NCBI GenBank assembly: GCA_973895155.1
Contig: OZ316899.1
Span: 8,988,287-9,052,286, forward strand
From: Marsupella aquatica
Taxonomy: Eukaryota; Plantae; Marchantiophyta
DNA length: 64,000 nucleotides
Reading direction: 5' to 3'
Under the pieces are notes generated by a model. That model was not told the DNA's origin. It ran no database searches and saw only the letters and a program-made list of their open reading frames with translations. A program made the translations under genes and the position numbers. Below are positions 11,646 to 24,400 of the stretch, piece by piece. Within the stretch, counting starts at the first letter, position 1; the number at the start of each line of letters is the position of its first letter.

Positions 11646-14500
11646 GATGGGTGACTATGATGAAGTCGATCGGATCTCGAGCATCGTCATGTCGATGATG
11701 AGAACCATAAGGAAGGAAGAGCTTGAGGCGGAAAGGGCAAACAGGGAAGCGAATAGAACTACTCGGTGTCTCCAAGAGGTTCTGAAGGAGAATGGGCAGT
11801 TCAATGGGAGAAATGTGACAAGCTACCTTAAGTCTTACTTGAAAGAAGCAACTGTCTACAAGTTGGACGAAGGGACGGCAGTGAAAGAGTTCATGGTGCT
11901 GGTTGAGAAGGAGTTGAGTTTGACGGTGCGGACCATTGTTGAGTCAGCTGAGGGCTAGGATGACTTTGACCAGAAGATGAAAGAGGAGTTCCAAGTGGAG
12001 GATGCTGATCGGGTCACGCAGGCTATCTTCTTGGATTGGGTGAATGACAGGAACAAGAAGCTGAAGGGACCGCAAGAGCTCCTAAGGGAGTTCAAGACAA
12101 GGGTGTCTCAGTTACCAAAGCGGGATGTGGGAATCATCGAGTTGCAACGCTCGACGCTCTTCTTGAGGGCAGCCGATGAGGACCTTTGAGAGGAGCTTGA
12201 GAACCCGATGGAGCTGCTGGAACCTTTGATAGTTACCTTGTCTAACGATTGGAACCAAGTTGAGAAAGCGGTGTCAAAAGTGAGCAATCAACACCGACGA
12301 CGAGAGCTAGACAAGGAGGCTACCACTCTTGACCTAAGGCCGCCGGAACCGAGATTGAGGAAAGGGAAGCGAGAACCAGCAAAGGATGAGATCAAACCAT
12401 CGATGGATGATCTCGCGGAAATGATGCAGGACCTGAAGATCTTGGCGGCACATGCGGTCAAGAATCCAAAACCGAGGGTTGCGAGTGCTCCCAAGAGGAA
12501 GCGAGAGATGCAGAGTTGGCCATGCATGTGGTGCGACAGCAAAGAGCATGACAAACGGGAGTGCCTAGACCTGAGGGAAGCTGCGGATAAAGGGCTGATC
12601 AAGTTCATCGGTGAAGTTGGTCAAAAGAAGATATCGTTTGCCGATACTGAAGAGCCAATTCCATTCAACTCCAACAAGGGAGGCATGAAGGCTTTGGCTG
12701 AGAAGCGAGCTGGGAAGCGAGTCGAAGAGGCATCCTCTTCGCACTTGGAAGCAAATGTTTACAATGTGGAGTTGGATGGCCCCGTGACAGAAACGGACAA
12801 GTTTTACAAGCGCTTGGCGGATCTGGTGCGAGAGAGATCCGGATGGAGTGACCCGATGCTGATCAATGCGATAACGGTTGAGGTTGGGGCTAGTTGGGAT
12901 GCCTCGGTCAAGTCAAAAAGGAAGAAAACCAATGAGGATGACACTCCGTCTCAATCAGGGGAACAAGAGAGGCGGGATACTCGAGACAAGGAAAGAAGGG
13001 TTAAGGTTTGAAGAAGAGGAAATGAGCGAGAAAGAGCCAGAGAAAGGGAAACCGATCAGGAAAGACCTGGGCTGGGTGCTTGGCAGGGATGTGGACCAGG
13101 CCATGTACCCGGAGGTTGTAGCTGAGAAGTTCTAGAGCCAACAGGCTCAAGGGTTTACCAATGCCAAGTTCTTTGGCAGTATGAGGCGGGAGATCCAGGA
13201 AGCCATCTTGGAGAGATCCAAGAGGAAACGGATTTACAAAGAGGGCCCTCACACCTTGATGGGGGAGGCTGGCGAGACGGAAATTGGGAGTTTCCAAACT
13301 TACACTGTTGGGGCGTCCATGGGTTCAGGTAGTAAGCTTGCTGGCCCCAAAGAGTCAGACTTGGGGAAAACCAAGAGGGTCAAGTCCCTTGAAGAGGAGC
13401 TCATGAACTTGGACGATGAGTTCTTCAATGTGGAAGAGGAGCTCATGGGAACCGGAAGCGAAGCTGAGTCTGTGGCAAACAGGGACCCGATTGAAGGGGA
13501 AGAACGGGAAAGCATTACCGCGCAGTCGAGGACCATTCATGTCATGGGCTCAATGAAAGGAAACGGTTATGCTTACCAAGATGCATACTGGGCTCGAGCA
13601 AGTCCAAAGAGCGAGTGCCAGTTGGAAGGAATGGAAGGCAAGGTGCGGGCGCTCATTGATACTGGATCGAAGATCAACTTGATGGATCCAAAGGTGTTTC
13701 AAAAGGGGAATTGGCCGGTGGATAATGAGTTGCTTTGGAGTATGAACTCGGTGAGTTCAATGAAGGACTATCTTTGGGGCGGATGTTCGAATGTGATGGT
13801 GAAGTTTGGGAATGTCAAGCAGGCTTGTAACATTTTTGTTCATGAGCACTTGTTGTTTTCGGTGATACTGGGCATGCCGTTCATCATTGAATGGAGGATG
13901 GAGATGAAGGTTCTGGACGATACTACCTTCATGGTGAAGGTTCGAGGCAAAGATGATAAGGAGGTGGTTCAGTTTCTGGCGGTTCTACCTAGAAATAAGA
14001 GGAACCAAAAGCAGCTGCGAGATCCAACAACGGCAGAAGTTGGCATTGCTATGGGGGAGAACCGAGATGCTAAGATGGATCTAAGTGTAGAGTTCAAAGG
14101 GGAGCCAATTGCAGACCGAAAGATGGGAAGTCTAGTGTTCAAGGAAGAGTGTTACTCAGGAGAGCTACTGGACATTGGGAAGAATCTGAGTGACCTTGGG
14201 AAGTGGCTGAAACAGGATGGTGAAGAGTTCAAAGACATTCAAGTGAATTCTGATAAGTTCATTCTTAGAGAGGGCTACCTTTGGCGGAAACCTAAGGGCC
14301 CCATGCTAGTATCGAGGAGAGTAGTCGATTCTAAGGATGAGCAAAAGCGGATTTTTGAGGAAGTCTATGATGTTGAGGTCAAAGGTGGTTTGAAAGGAAT
14401 AAGGGCGAAGGTCTATGAGCAGATCTGAAAGGAGTATTGGTGGCCAGATTTGTATTGGGATGTTCAGGATTATGCTGACAATCGAGGGATCCATCACAAC
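11646..14500 (+). pseudogene. Gag (CMWCDSKEHDKREC knuckle), aspartic protease (LIDTGS) and a degenerate integrase N-terminal stub
   Basis: ORFs 11548-11958, 11977-12189, 12208-13011 and 13181-14428 joined across stops/frameshifts; ends in YWWPDLY..VQDY. Confidence 0.8.
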
Positions 14501-15656
14501 TTGAAGAGGCAGATTCAAGAGCTTGATTGGATTGACTATCGAGTCGTTGACATACGGAGAGAGTGAAGGCTTGCAAGCTGCAAACTAGAGATGAAATGGA
14601 CTCAAGTTCCGACTTGAGTGAATTTGAAGACGAGGCACTGGTCCAAGCGCATCCGTTGGACTTGAGTTTTGAAAGTGGCTTGATTGGTTCTGATTTGGAT
14701 GAGTTGGACTTTGAGTTTCTGGAAAGTGGAGTGCCTAAGGCCGAGTCTGAAGGCTTTGGGTTTGAGTTTCTTGAGGAGGAAGTAGTCCAGGCGCATGGCT
14801 CGAGTTCGGACTCAAACTTAGAGGAAATCTGATGGATTGGAGCAGACCGGAGGCTGCTCAGGTTTACTGGGGGAGGATGTCGTGCCGAAAGATTTTGGCT
14901 CAGGAATGGCTTTTATAGGGGATGATGGGCGAGGCCTCCCGGTTGGGTTGCGTACATGCTGACTCAAAGGGGCTGCTTGGTTGGATGGATTGAGGTTTGG
15001 TGATTGGATGACTCGTCGTCACCAGGTTTGGTGTTTGGGTGAGTCACCAGGCTTGGAGTTTGGATGAGCCTTGCTGATGGCAACTGGCTCAGGCTGGATG
15101 GTTGGGTTTCCGATGTTACTTAAGACTTGAGCCTCGGCTCATTGAGGTTGGCGGTTGTCTATTGAGATCTATTGAGTTGCGTTCTGTGAGTTCCGCTCCG
15201 TTCTACGGAACTCGACTGTTGTGCGGCAGTTTTGGAGTTTTGGGCAAGTGTTGGATCCAGGTGTAGAGTTTTCGATCCAAGCGGGGATTTCTCAAGTTTG
15301 GAGTCTCGTCGATCCAGGAGATTTCTCAAGTTTGGAGCCTCGTCAATCCAGGCAGGGATTTCTTGAGTTTGGAGCCTCGTTGGTCCAGGCCCGAGTTCCG
15401 TGTGAGCTATTTTAGACTAGTGGAGTAGCTAGTCAAGTTTTGGTTTTGTGAGCTAAGGAGGATAGTTTTTCCGTCAGATTTTGAGTAGTTAGTCACTCAA
15501 GGAGTTCTACTTGACAAGTTAGAGGTAGCGGCCCGCCGTAGGGCCAGCTACCAGACTCTTGCGGGCAAGCTTACTCGAGGGCACCTATTTTAACCTTTGT
15601 GAGAAAAGTAAAAAATATAAAGGAGTGAGAGTTTGATCCGAAAAGTGCTTGTCGCC

Positions 15657-17139
15657 AGTGGTGGACCTCACCACCCAGCGCCCTCACCAATCCCAACACT
15701 TGCGCCTAAGTGCCCTTGGTGCCCGAACGCCTCCATGGAATACCTTGAGCAAGCATCCAAGTGCCACTAGCACCACCTGCGGCCACTCCCATACGAAGCC
15801 GCACTTGCTCACCTACACGACCGCTACTCAACGGTCCTCACTCTCTGCACAAACAACCAAGCGCCTTGGTAAGTAACCCCTCTGGATCTAGAACTCGCCT
15901 AGTCTAGCATCCTAACTCAAGCTCAACAGACATTGGTAAATAGGTCAGCGATAGGTCCTCCCGATGCCATAAGCCGGAACTAGAACCCACGCCCACTGTC
16001 CGTCCAGGACAGCTCCTTCCCTGGGCGCGGTCCGGGTTCCCCCTCGTACCTATCCATCACCAACTGACCGCCCTGACCTCAGGACATGCTCATGGCCCAA
16101 ATAGCGTAGCTTGTCCCAAACTTGTCTCAACACGTCGGGGCCAGAATGGCCCCGACTCTTACAACCGCTCGCGGTTCGCCCCACTGATGGTCTAGGGACC
16201 GAGCGCCCTTGGGACTCAACCTCCATACCTACTTGGCCTTGCCTCCCCAACGCAAGCTCCCTTGGGAGGCTGAACGCGGCTTGGCTGCTGTTTGGCAGGA
16301 TTTGGCAAGAGGGCGAGATAACACCTGCAAACCACAAGAACCCATGACACCCCTGGACCTATCTGAGCTCAGGAGCGCGTAGCCCTCCTCAAGAGCTTTC
16401 CAACGCACCCAAGAAGTCCTCCAATGGACTTCCCGTTGGAAAGATATCGTCATTTCTGTTTGGCGGTTTCCCTTAGTGTCGCGACCGCCGCAGCTCACGA
16501 CTTCGGCTCGGCCTTAGCCCCCAGGGAGACACCACTCCCCTCATATATGTTTCTGGAGACCTGTCACCCCCCGGACCAGCTTTGGTCCCTAAACATTTGG
16601 CCCCCAACCCGGATCCTATCACGCATAATGGGCGCGCCACCAACTGGCAACGCCCATAACTTTCTTGATAGGCATCCGCAAGCGGAGTGCCTTAGCCGGT
16701 TGTGACCGGGCCGACCCAGTGCTCATGTCTAGGCCCTCAGGTCTGATCGCCGCTTGGGGCCCCCGACCGGCCCAACCCGGATTGGGCCACAACTTGCGCC
16801 CCAAGCGTCCGTTGCCAATGGCGTCAACTCCATTGGCCTTGGGCCCAAGAGGAGCTCACTCCCAAGCCCTCAGAACTCAAAGCCCATCCGACAGTCCGGA
16901 CGGCCATCCTTGAGCCCGGCCCATTTGCCCTTGACCCGACCAGCCATAGGCTAGTCCAAGTCCTTAGTGTGTGTCCCCAGCTTGGCCCCTTGCCTCGCTA
17001 GTGCCACGTCTCATTGCCCACAAGTCTCCCCGTGCTAAGTCCTCCCCGGATGGCCTATTCGGGCCTGGACCATAAGGGAGCTCGGCGTCGAAGTCAGCGA
17101 CGCCGGAGCTAAGTGTTAAGGTAGTCAAGTTCCGCGACT
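15657..17139 (-). mobile_element. Solo LTR (AGT...ACT family) inserted in the 3' LTR of the gypsy element
   Basis: 5-bp TSD tcgcc/ttgcc; the empty site is visible in the 5' LTR (cttgtcgcctgtccc, ~11531); homologous to three other copies in the window. Confidence 0.9.
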
Positions 17140-17214
17140 TTGCCTGTCCCAATCGCAGCCAAAAACGCACAATTTTCCCAAGGAGCCCCTAACTTTAAGT
17201 CCTCGCGACAACGT

Positions 17215-17693
17215 CTGAAATCACGAATGGGCGTGCAGTGAGGTCCCAGTAGCCTTGACCCAAAAACTCCCACAAAAAACCTTACTCATGCCGGATTGCA
17301 CAACATTTACGTCGTTACCCACATTGGTCATTTATGTCTAACATGGTAGAGCATCCATTATACGTAGTCTTATGCATGGTATCGGTCAGAGCCACGTCTC
17401 AAACGGCGTCCATATATACGTCTCTCCAAACAAGTTTATTTACGTCATCCAGTACAACATATACATTTTTACCTTGATCAAAACAATGTTAATAGTCCTG
17501 TTGGGAGATACGTTACTTTTGAGAAGCTCTAGACGACGTAAAATGGGAATTGAAAGCCTCCTGGTGTCACCCGCGGTTTGGCTTACGTTGAGAGTTTTGG
17601 GTTACGACGTAGTAGAAGACGTAATGGGGAAGAACATTGTGTCACAAGACGCGGAAGGAAGTCACAACGTAGCAAAATGTAGTTGTGTTAGTG
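17215..17693 (-). mobile_element. CACTA terminal segment
   Basis: The reverse complement begins CACTAACACAACTAC at 17693, with many ACGT-containing subterminal motifs. May be the far end of the element whose transposase lies at 1-759. Confidence 0.6.
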
Positions 17694-17789
17694 CAACCAA
17701 AATAGAATAAGTTAAATGTTGTTGACCCTAAACCATGGACCCAAAATTGCTCATAATTCAAAATTTTAAGTACATATCCTCTCTGTTGA

Positions 17790-18440
17790 AGTTAGAGTGT
17801 TAAGTTATAGGTCATTGTTCTCTGGTATGTGCATGCGGTGTGACAAGTGGTCCTCTAGAGCGTGTGATCCAAACATGTGTAGACACCAATTGCACCGGTG
17901 GTGGGGTCTGGGAGGCCAGGACAAGTGACATCACCAGGCACATTGCAGGATGGCAAGTGGTTCTAGATGATACATTGTGCTCTATGAAAATATCAACATC
18001 CAAGAGAACGGTCATCCAACTTTGGGCTAGAAGCCCTATAGGCAGGACAGTCATATTGGCAACTGTGCACACACCCTTGGCGCCTAATCTGTGGTGGGTC
18101 ATGTACAAGAGACACAAATACCAAGGATGTTAGGAAGGGTAATGAAGCAGGTAGAGGCTGGTTGTAGTTGTTCCTGGCAACAATAGGGTACTCAAAGTAC
18201 CATGCAGACTGGGCTGGAAGGATCCCAAGTCTGACATACTCAAGGTGCAACATCTCTGCCTTGCGCGCAAGGCGCACATGTTTAGCATTGCGGGTCCTCA
18301 CCATAAGTGTTGCCTTTGTTGTGATGTCCTTTGTTCATGTCCTTTGATCAGCAAGGCAAGCAGGAGGCCGACTTGCCTCGCCAATAACAACCAACCTAAA
18401 CTTATCAGTTCCCACTCATTGTCTCATTTCCTTGGTTGTA
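17790..18440 (-). pseudogene. Unknown Cys/His-rich protein, homologous to the cargo ORF at 28344-28790
   Basis: LPAQSAWYFEYPIVARNNYNQPL...GCVHSCQYDCP...AQCII*NH...DVTCP; reads through stops consistent with CGA>TGA and TGG>TAG changes. Confidence 0.65.
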
Positions 18441-19774
18441 ACTACAGGTCACAGTATACACATAGCATGAAACGTGCATAATACATATTTGAGATTGAGT
18501 TGCCTAAGACAAAGATCTTGTTGATAAACCCATGTTCTTGACGGACATCTATATAAATCATCTTTGGATCCTATTTTAGTATCAATCATGGGGAACCAAA
18601 CGAGAAAGATGTAGCAATGCAATACAAATATCATTCTCTTGGTCGGGCAACTTCAATAGGCAACGGAAAAAATTGACAATGTCAAAGTCCTAAGCTTGAC
18701 AGTTGGATGTTGAGTGCATTGATACCATTCGCAATACAGCCTCAAGTAAATTCAGGATAAGGAAAAAATCTCTCCTCATGAACAATCTTGCAAGCTAAAG
18801 TATCCAACAAAACTTCAAGTCTCACCTTGCAGGTTGCAACAGAGAGAAAACTTGCTGGTTGTTGTGTTGTGCAAGTGAACCTTCACTGTTGCCTCCGGTG
18901 TAGCCCCTCAAATGCAAGTAACACTCAACAACTCCCAAGCTGCCTGGTCTAGTAACAGAAAATGCTTATATCTTCATAACTTTATAGAGCAAGTACATTA
19001 TCATGTATGCAAGTAGATCTAACTATGCAAAAATTCAGGACAAACTAAAAGAGAAACAAAGGATGGCCAAGGGGATGGATTGACTAAAGCTAACAGGAAC
19101 TCAGGCAAGAGAGACAACAATGTAAAAGTCCGTCACTGATAGCTAAGCCTCATTTGAAGCCTCAGCAAATGGGATGGTCTAATCATGAAGGCAACAAAAC
19201 ATTCATGGTTCAGAGAATACAGTCCATATACAACAACAAATCTGAAACGACACAGACTAAGGAATAGAGTTTCTAGGATTTTACAAGTTAAGAATAAGGT
19301 CGGAATCCAAGAAACTATTGTTAAAATACACTAATGGGAATTGTGAACAAAAGAACAGAGAGTGTAATTTGCAGCAAGAGTAAGACCTATGTTCCGCACA
19401 TTTGTTTCTACAAGAATTGGCCAACTTAGGCACAAGGTCAGACTCCACCAAGCTTGCGCAAATGAAACTCAGGTCTAGCCTGCACTCACTTGATGAGGAC
19501 CTGCTAGGATTAGCTCAGCTCAGCTCAGCTCCACGTATTTCCACCTAAGTTGCACTTTTGTTCAATTAGCGCTATTGCTATGCAAATAATGGCCATAAGC
19601 AAACCATGAGAGTTTGCAGAATGCTACGACAAGTAGGATTATGAAATAAAATTGTGAGCAAAGGGAAAATGTAGTCTTACTAATACTTCACCTTCTGACT
19701 GAATTCTAAAGGATAATTGAATTGCCAATTATAGCAGAACTAGCCCCATGCTTGTGCGTTGCACGAATGACTTC

Positions 19775-19970
19775 AAGTGAGGGCAAGATGTTGAGGAGAG
19801 GGCAAGATATCAAGGAGAGGGCAAGATGTCGAGGAGAGGGTAAGATTTAGAGGTGAGGGTAAGATTTGGAGGTGAGGGCAAGATGTCAAGGTGAGGGCAA
19901 GATGTTGAGGTGCGGGAAAGATGTCAAGGAGAGGGCAAGATGTCAAGGTGAGGGTAAGATTTTGAGGCGA
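19775..19970. repeat. ~19-20-bp minisatellite (GAGGGCAAGATGTCAAGG), with degenerate copies at 20437-20700 and 38564-38717
   Basis: Tandem copies directly visible. Confidence 0.85.
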
Positions 19971-20089
19971 GACAAACATGGTTGTGCATTGCAAACATGT
20001 AATTCAGGCAGAAAGTCAAACAGATTAATACAAAAGTGATACAATCTTTATTCACCCTTGTATTCACCAGTTCAATAAAGAACCTTGTC

Positions 20090-20305
20090 ATATACAATTT
20101 TTTTGTCAACCTTGCTTGACCCTCCTTGGAATCCAAAAGTAAAACCTTGATAGTTGTAGGAGATATTGCCCTTGAAAATGCTGCATACAACTGTCCGTGA
20201 CTAAATACAGGCTTTGAAAGCTGTAACCCTACATGTTCTAAAGTCTGACCTTGAGCTTTGTTTATGATCATTGCATATGCCACTCGAATGGAAATTGGAC
20301 CCTAC
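20090..20305 (-). pseudogene. Helitron RepHel PIF1-helicase C-terminal fragment
   Basis: [42 protein letters not shown] corresponds to PIF1 motifs V/VI. Confidence 0.9.
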
Positions 20306-21419
20306 GTAATAAAAGAGGAAGTGATTTAAAAAATTAAAAAATGAAGTGATTTGTCATATGTCAACAGAATCCGTGGATAAATGTAAGGGTCCCTGCATGT
20401 TTTCCTGCAATAACTCAATGCCCATGCATTGCATGAAAGATGTTGAGGTGACAAAAGATGTCAAGGAGATAAATGATGTCAAAGTGAGCAAAAGATGTCA
20501 AGGTGATAAATGTAAGGGTCCTTGCATATTTTCCTGCAAGAACCCAATGCCCTTGCGTTGCATGAAAGATGTACAAAAGATGTCAAAGAGAGAAAAAATA
20601 TGTCAAGGTGATAAAAGATTCACGGTGAGCAAGCAATGTCAAGGTGATAAAACATGTAAAGGAGAGAAAAGATGTTCAAGTGAGCAAACAATGTCCAGAT
20701 TGTTAAATACACCATAACATCGACACTTCCTCATTTCTCCAAGATATATAAGTACATGCCTGGTGGTACATCCAGGTGGTTGGTATAACTGCCTATGGGT
20801 TAATCACCTAAGTATTAGGGGATTAACTTAGTGGTTAGGAGATTAATCCAAGGTTAGGAGACTAAATCGTTTGGGGTTATAACACTCCCCCTTGGGTGTG
20901 TCATTTTAGAGGGGAAATGATACACCCATATTAGGTCTCCTAATGGTTAATCTGGTTTATATGTTATTGAGTTCTGGATTTTTGATGCTAAGTTTGTGGG
21001 GGGATGTAACCTCCTTAAAACCTCCCCTACTTTCTTTTGTGGGAGGAAAGAGTATTACCATCCAGTTTTTATTGTCTTAGCCTATGGTTCCAAATTTTTG
21101 GGTTAAGTGACATTGTGATAAGAGTCATCGTAGGTTATTTTCTTAATAGTAACATGAGGTGAGTTTGTCATGTCGTGTAGTCGTAGTTCACATCGTGAAC
21201 AGTGGCTTATGAATGTTTGCGTTCTTGCGTTGGTGGTGTGCGCTCTTGTGTGGAGGTGAGTTGTTGGTCGTATTCTATTGTTGGTCCTCGCATTGCTGGT
21301 TCTGTTGGTCTTCGTGTCTGCTGGTCTTTGCATTGTTGGTTCTGCTTTGGTGATTCTCTGTTTCATTTCTTGATTCTTCTGGTCAAGGTATACGTCTCCC
21401 CTGAATTGCATCCTATCTA

Positions 21420-24400
21420 ATTTCTTTCATTCCTGCGTGAGGTTGGATAGACTGTGCATTCCGATTGAATCAGTATGTATTTTGTGTATAGATGGTGGTA
21501 ATGACTTCGTGAACATGTCTGCTACATTTTCTTGGCTTGCTATCCACTGAACGTTGATGCTGTCTCCATGCTGTTCATGTGCAAAAAAGAACTTCGGGGT
21601 GATGTGTTTAGTTCAATCGCCTTTAATAAATCCAGCTTGGATCTGATCTATGCAAGGTCTATTGTCTTCATAGATCGTAGTGGGTGATGTTAGGGTAGGC
21701 GTACCTGTATGTTTATGGATGTGGTTGATTACATTTCTTAGTTAGAGGCATTCGCAACTTGCCTCGTAGAGAGCGATAATTTCTGAATGGTTGGATGACG
21801 TTGTTGTTAACGTCTGTTTGGAGCTCTTCCATGAGATGGCGGTTTTTCCCATCAAGAATACATATCCCGTTTGGGACTTTGCGTCATCAATGTCCGACAG
21901 GTAACCTGCGTCCGCGTATCCTGTCATTGTGTTGTTAGTATTTGTATGGTAGAAGAGTCCCAAGTCTGTGGTTCCACAGAGGTAGCGAAAGATCCTCTTT
22001 ATCCCATTTCAGTGCCGAATTGTGGGTTGTGCACTATGACATGCTAAAATATTTATAGCAAAAGCAATGACCGGGCGAGTCTGGTTCGCTAGGAACATTA
22101 GAGCCCCTATCGCAGATAGGTATGGCTTCTCTGAGCCCAATACTGGTTTGTGCTCTTTTCGCTTTCTGAATATGTCTTTGTCCCTGTCGAGGGATCTTAT
22201 GTCCATGGGAGATTTTACCGGTTGAGCTTTGTCCATGTTGAATTGCTTCAACAGTTTTCTCGTATATGTGGTCTGGTGGAGTAAAATTCCTTGTGGCAGA
22301 TGCTCGAATTGTAGGCCAAGACAGAATGTAGTCTGTCCGAGATCTCTCATTTCAAAAATCTTTTTGAGCATGGTTATAGTTTCCAGCATTATTTTACTTG
22401 TACCGAATAGATTGAGATCATCCACGTAAATAGCAATTATGATCATTTCATCTCCTTCTCTTTTTATGAAGAGGCATGGTGCTATTTCTGAATTTTTGAA
22501 GTTTAATGCCATCATTTCTGCCTTGAACCTTTCATACCAGGTTCGACCACTCTGCTTCAGCCCATAAAGTGAGCGAAGCACTTGCACTGCGCATCGTATT
22601 TGTCGCTTTGTGGCATTTTGATTTTCTTGCTTTAGTGCAATTGCTTTGGACATAGTCTGTAGGACTGTCTTATTTGTATGGCCGAATGGGCTTTCCATTT
22701 GTAGGCTTTTGTCTTGTTGGACTGATGTGTCCGTGCTGTGGTATGCAGCTCTCTGTATAAGCTCAGGTGGAGCTTCCATGTGTATTGTTTTATCCAGATA
22801 TCCATACAGGTATGTTGTGACGATATCTAGTTGGTGCATTGGGATTTTATGGTAAAGTGAGAACGCTATAAGGTATATGTACGTGATTATGTCCATAACA
22901 GGTGAGTAGGTGAGGTCGTAGTCTCTCCCTGGTATTTGTGTAAAGTCTTTTGCCACTAGTCTGGCCTTGTGTCTGATGACTTCCCCTTTGGTGTTATGTT
23001 TTTTCACAAATGTCCATTTGTATCCAGTGAGGTGAGTGTCTTGTGGGGCAGGTGTTATTGATCCGAAGACCTGCCTTGATATCAGTGAGTCTAACTCAGA
23101 GTTAATTGCCATCTCCCATTGTGGCCAGTCTGGTTGATTACGTGCTTCTTTGATTGTTTTCGGATCTTCTAGTTCTCTGATTTCTTGTGATATATGTAAA
23201 GCAAAATGTTCATCTAGTTCTGTTGATTTTCTGTCCCATATGTGTCCCGTATTATTGTAGTTGATGGATATCTCTTCTCTTTCCTCTGTTATATGTATTT
23301 CGGTTGTAGATCTTACCGGGTTGTCTGAAGGAGTGGTAGATGTTGCCAACCTTCTTTGTCTTGGTTGTTTGTCCGTGGAGCCAGCTGGTCGTCCTCTCTT
23401 TGCTCTGGGTGCTTGCTCTTAAGGTCGCTCGTCCATTGTTCCTATTCTTGATGGTGCGTTAGCAGTAGGAATGTGGGAGCGGGTTACCTTTGCTGCATCT
23501 GCGAATGAGTCTGGGAGCTGCTCCATCATTTTTGTGAGGTGTATGATTCGTTGTACCTCTATGTCTGCTTGGCCCATTTTGGGGTCGTTCCAGAATTGTG
23601 ACTGGATCTTCCATTGTAGTTCTTGCATTTTCGGGTTGTCCTTCATTTTTTTTGAGCCTGTTGTTGGGAAGATTTCCTCATAAAGTGGCAATCAGAAAAT
23701 CAGGCTTTGAATACATCAGTGGTTGTCGGTTCTAGGTACCTGATGATCGCTGTAGAATCAAATCCTACATATATTCCTTTATTTCTCTAGGGGCCCATCT
23801 TAGTTCTCTTTGGGCCCATAATTGGTACCAGTACTTTTCAGCCAAAAGTTTGGAGGTGTGAGATATTAGGAGTAGTGCCAAGTGCTAGGTGATGTGGGTT
23901 TGTAGAGTTATATGCTGATGGTCGGTAGTTTAGTAGTGCTGCTGCATGAAGGATTGCATGGCCCCGTGCGGAGGTTAGGAGTTTTGATTGCATAAGTAAT
24001 GGGCGGGCTATAGTCTGCAGGCGTTTTATAAGGGATTCAACAATCCCGTTCTGAAAGTGGACGTAAGCCACTGGGTATTGTACATCGATGCCTGCAGCCA
24101 GGCAGAAATCATCGAAGGTCTTTGAGGTAAATTCCCCTGCATTTTCGACCCTCAGTATTTTGATTGGGATCTTGGGGAATTGGGCCTTCAACTTCATTAT
24201 GTGTGCTAAAATCCTTGGGAATACTAAGTTTATTGTGGACAGTAGTAATACTTGGGACCATTTCGATGAGGCGTCTATGATGGCCAGAAAGAATCGGAAT
24301 GGTCCACTCTGTGACTCGATCGGTCCACAGACGTTGGCATGTAATCTTTCTAAAAAGTTGGGGATTTTTGTTTCTATTGTTGCAGGTGATAGTCTCATAA

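Larger units (their letters stand above)
10842..17210 (+). mobile_element. Ty3/gypsy LTR retrotransposon, internally deleted (no RT/RNase H/integrase core)
   Basis: LTRs 10842-11605 and 14878-17210 (TGTCG...CGACA); ACGT TSD at 10838-41 and 17211-14; PBS TGGCGACCATACTGGGGA at ~11607; PPT GGGGGAGGA before 14878. Confidence 0.93.

Noticed and set aside
15649-17170. Recurrent short ORFs in the 1.49-kb repeat (e.g. MIGIRKRSALAGC...)
   Set aside because: Their recurrence reflects DNA identity among GC-rich LTR copies; starts are non-ATG and frames break between copies.
20346-20717. Cys/Lys-rich 123-aa ORF
   Set aside because: Translation of a degenerate minisatellite running into a copia LTR.
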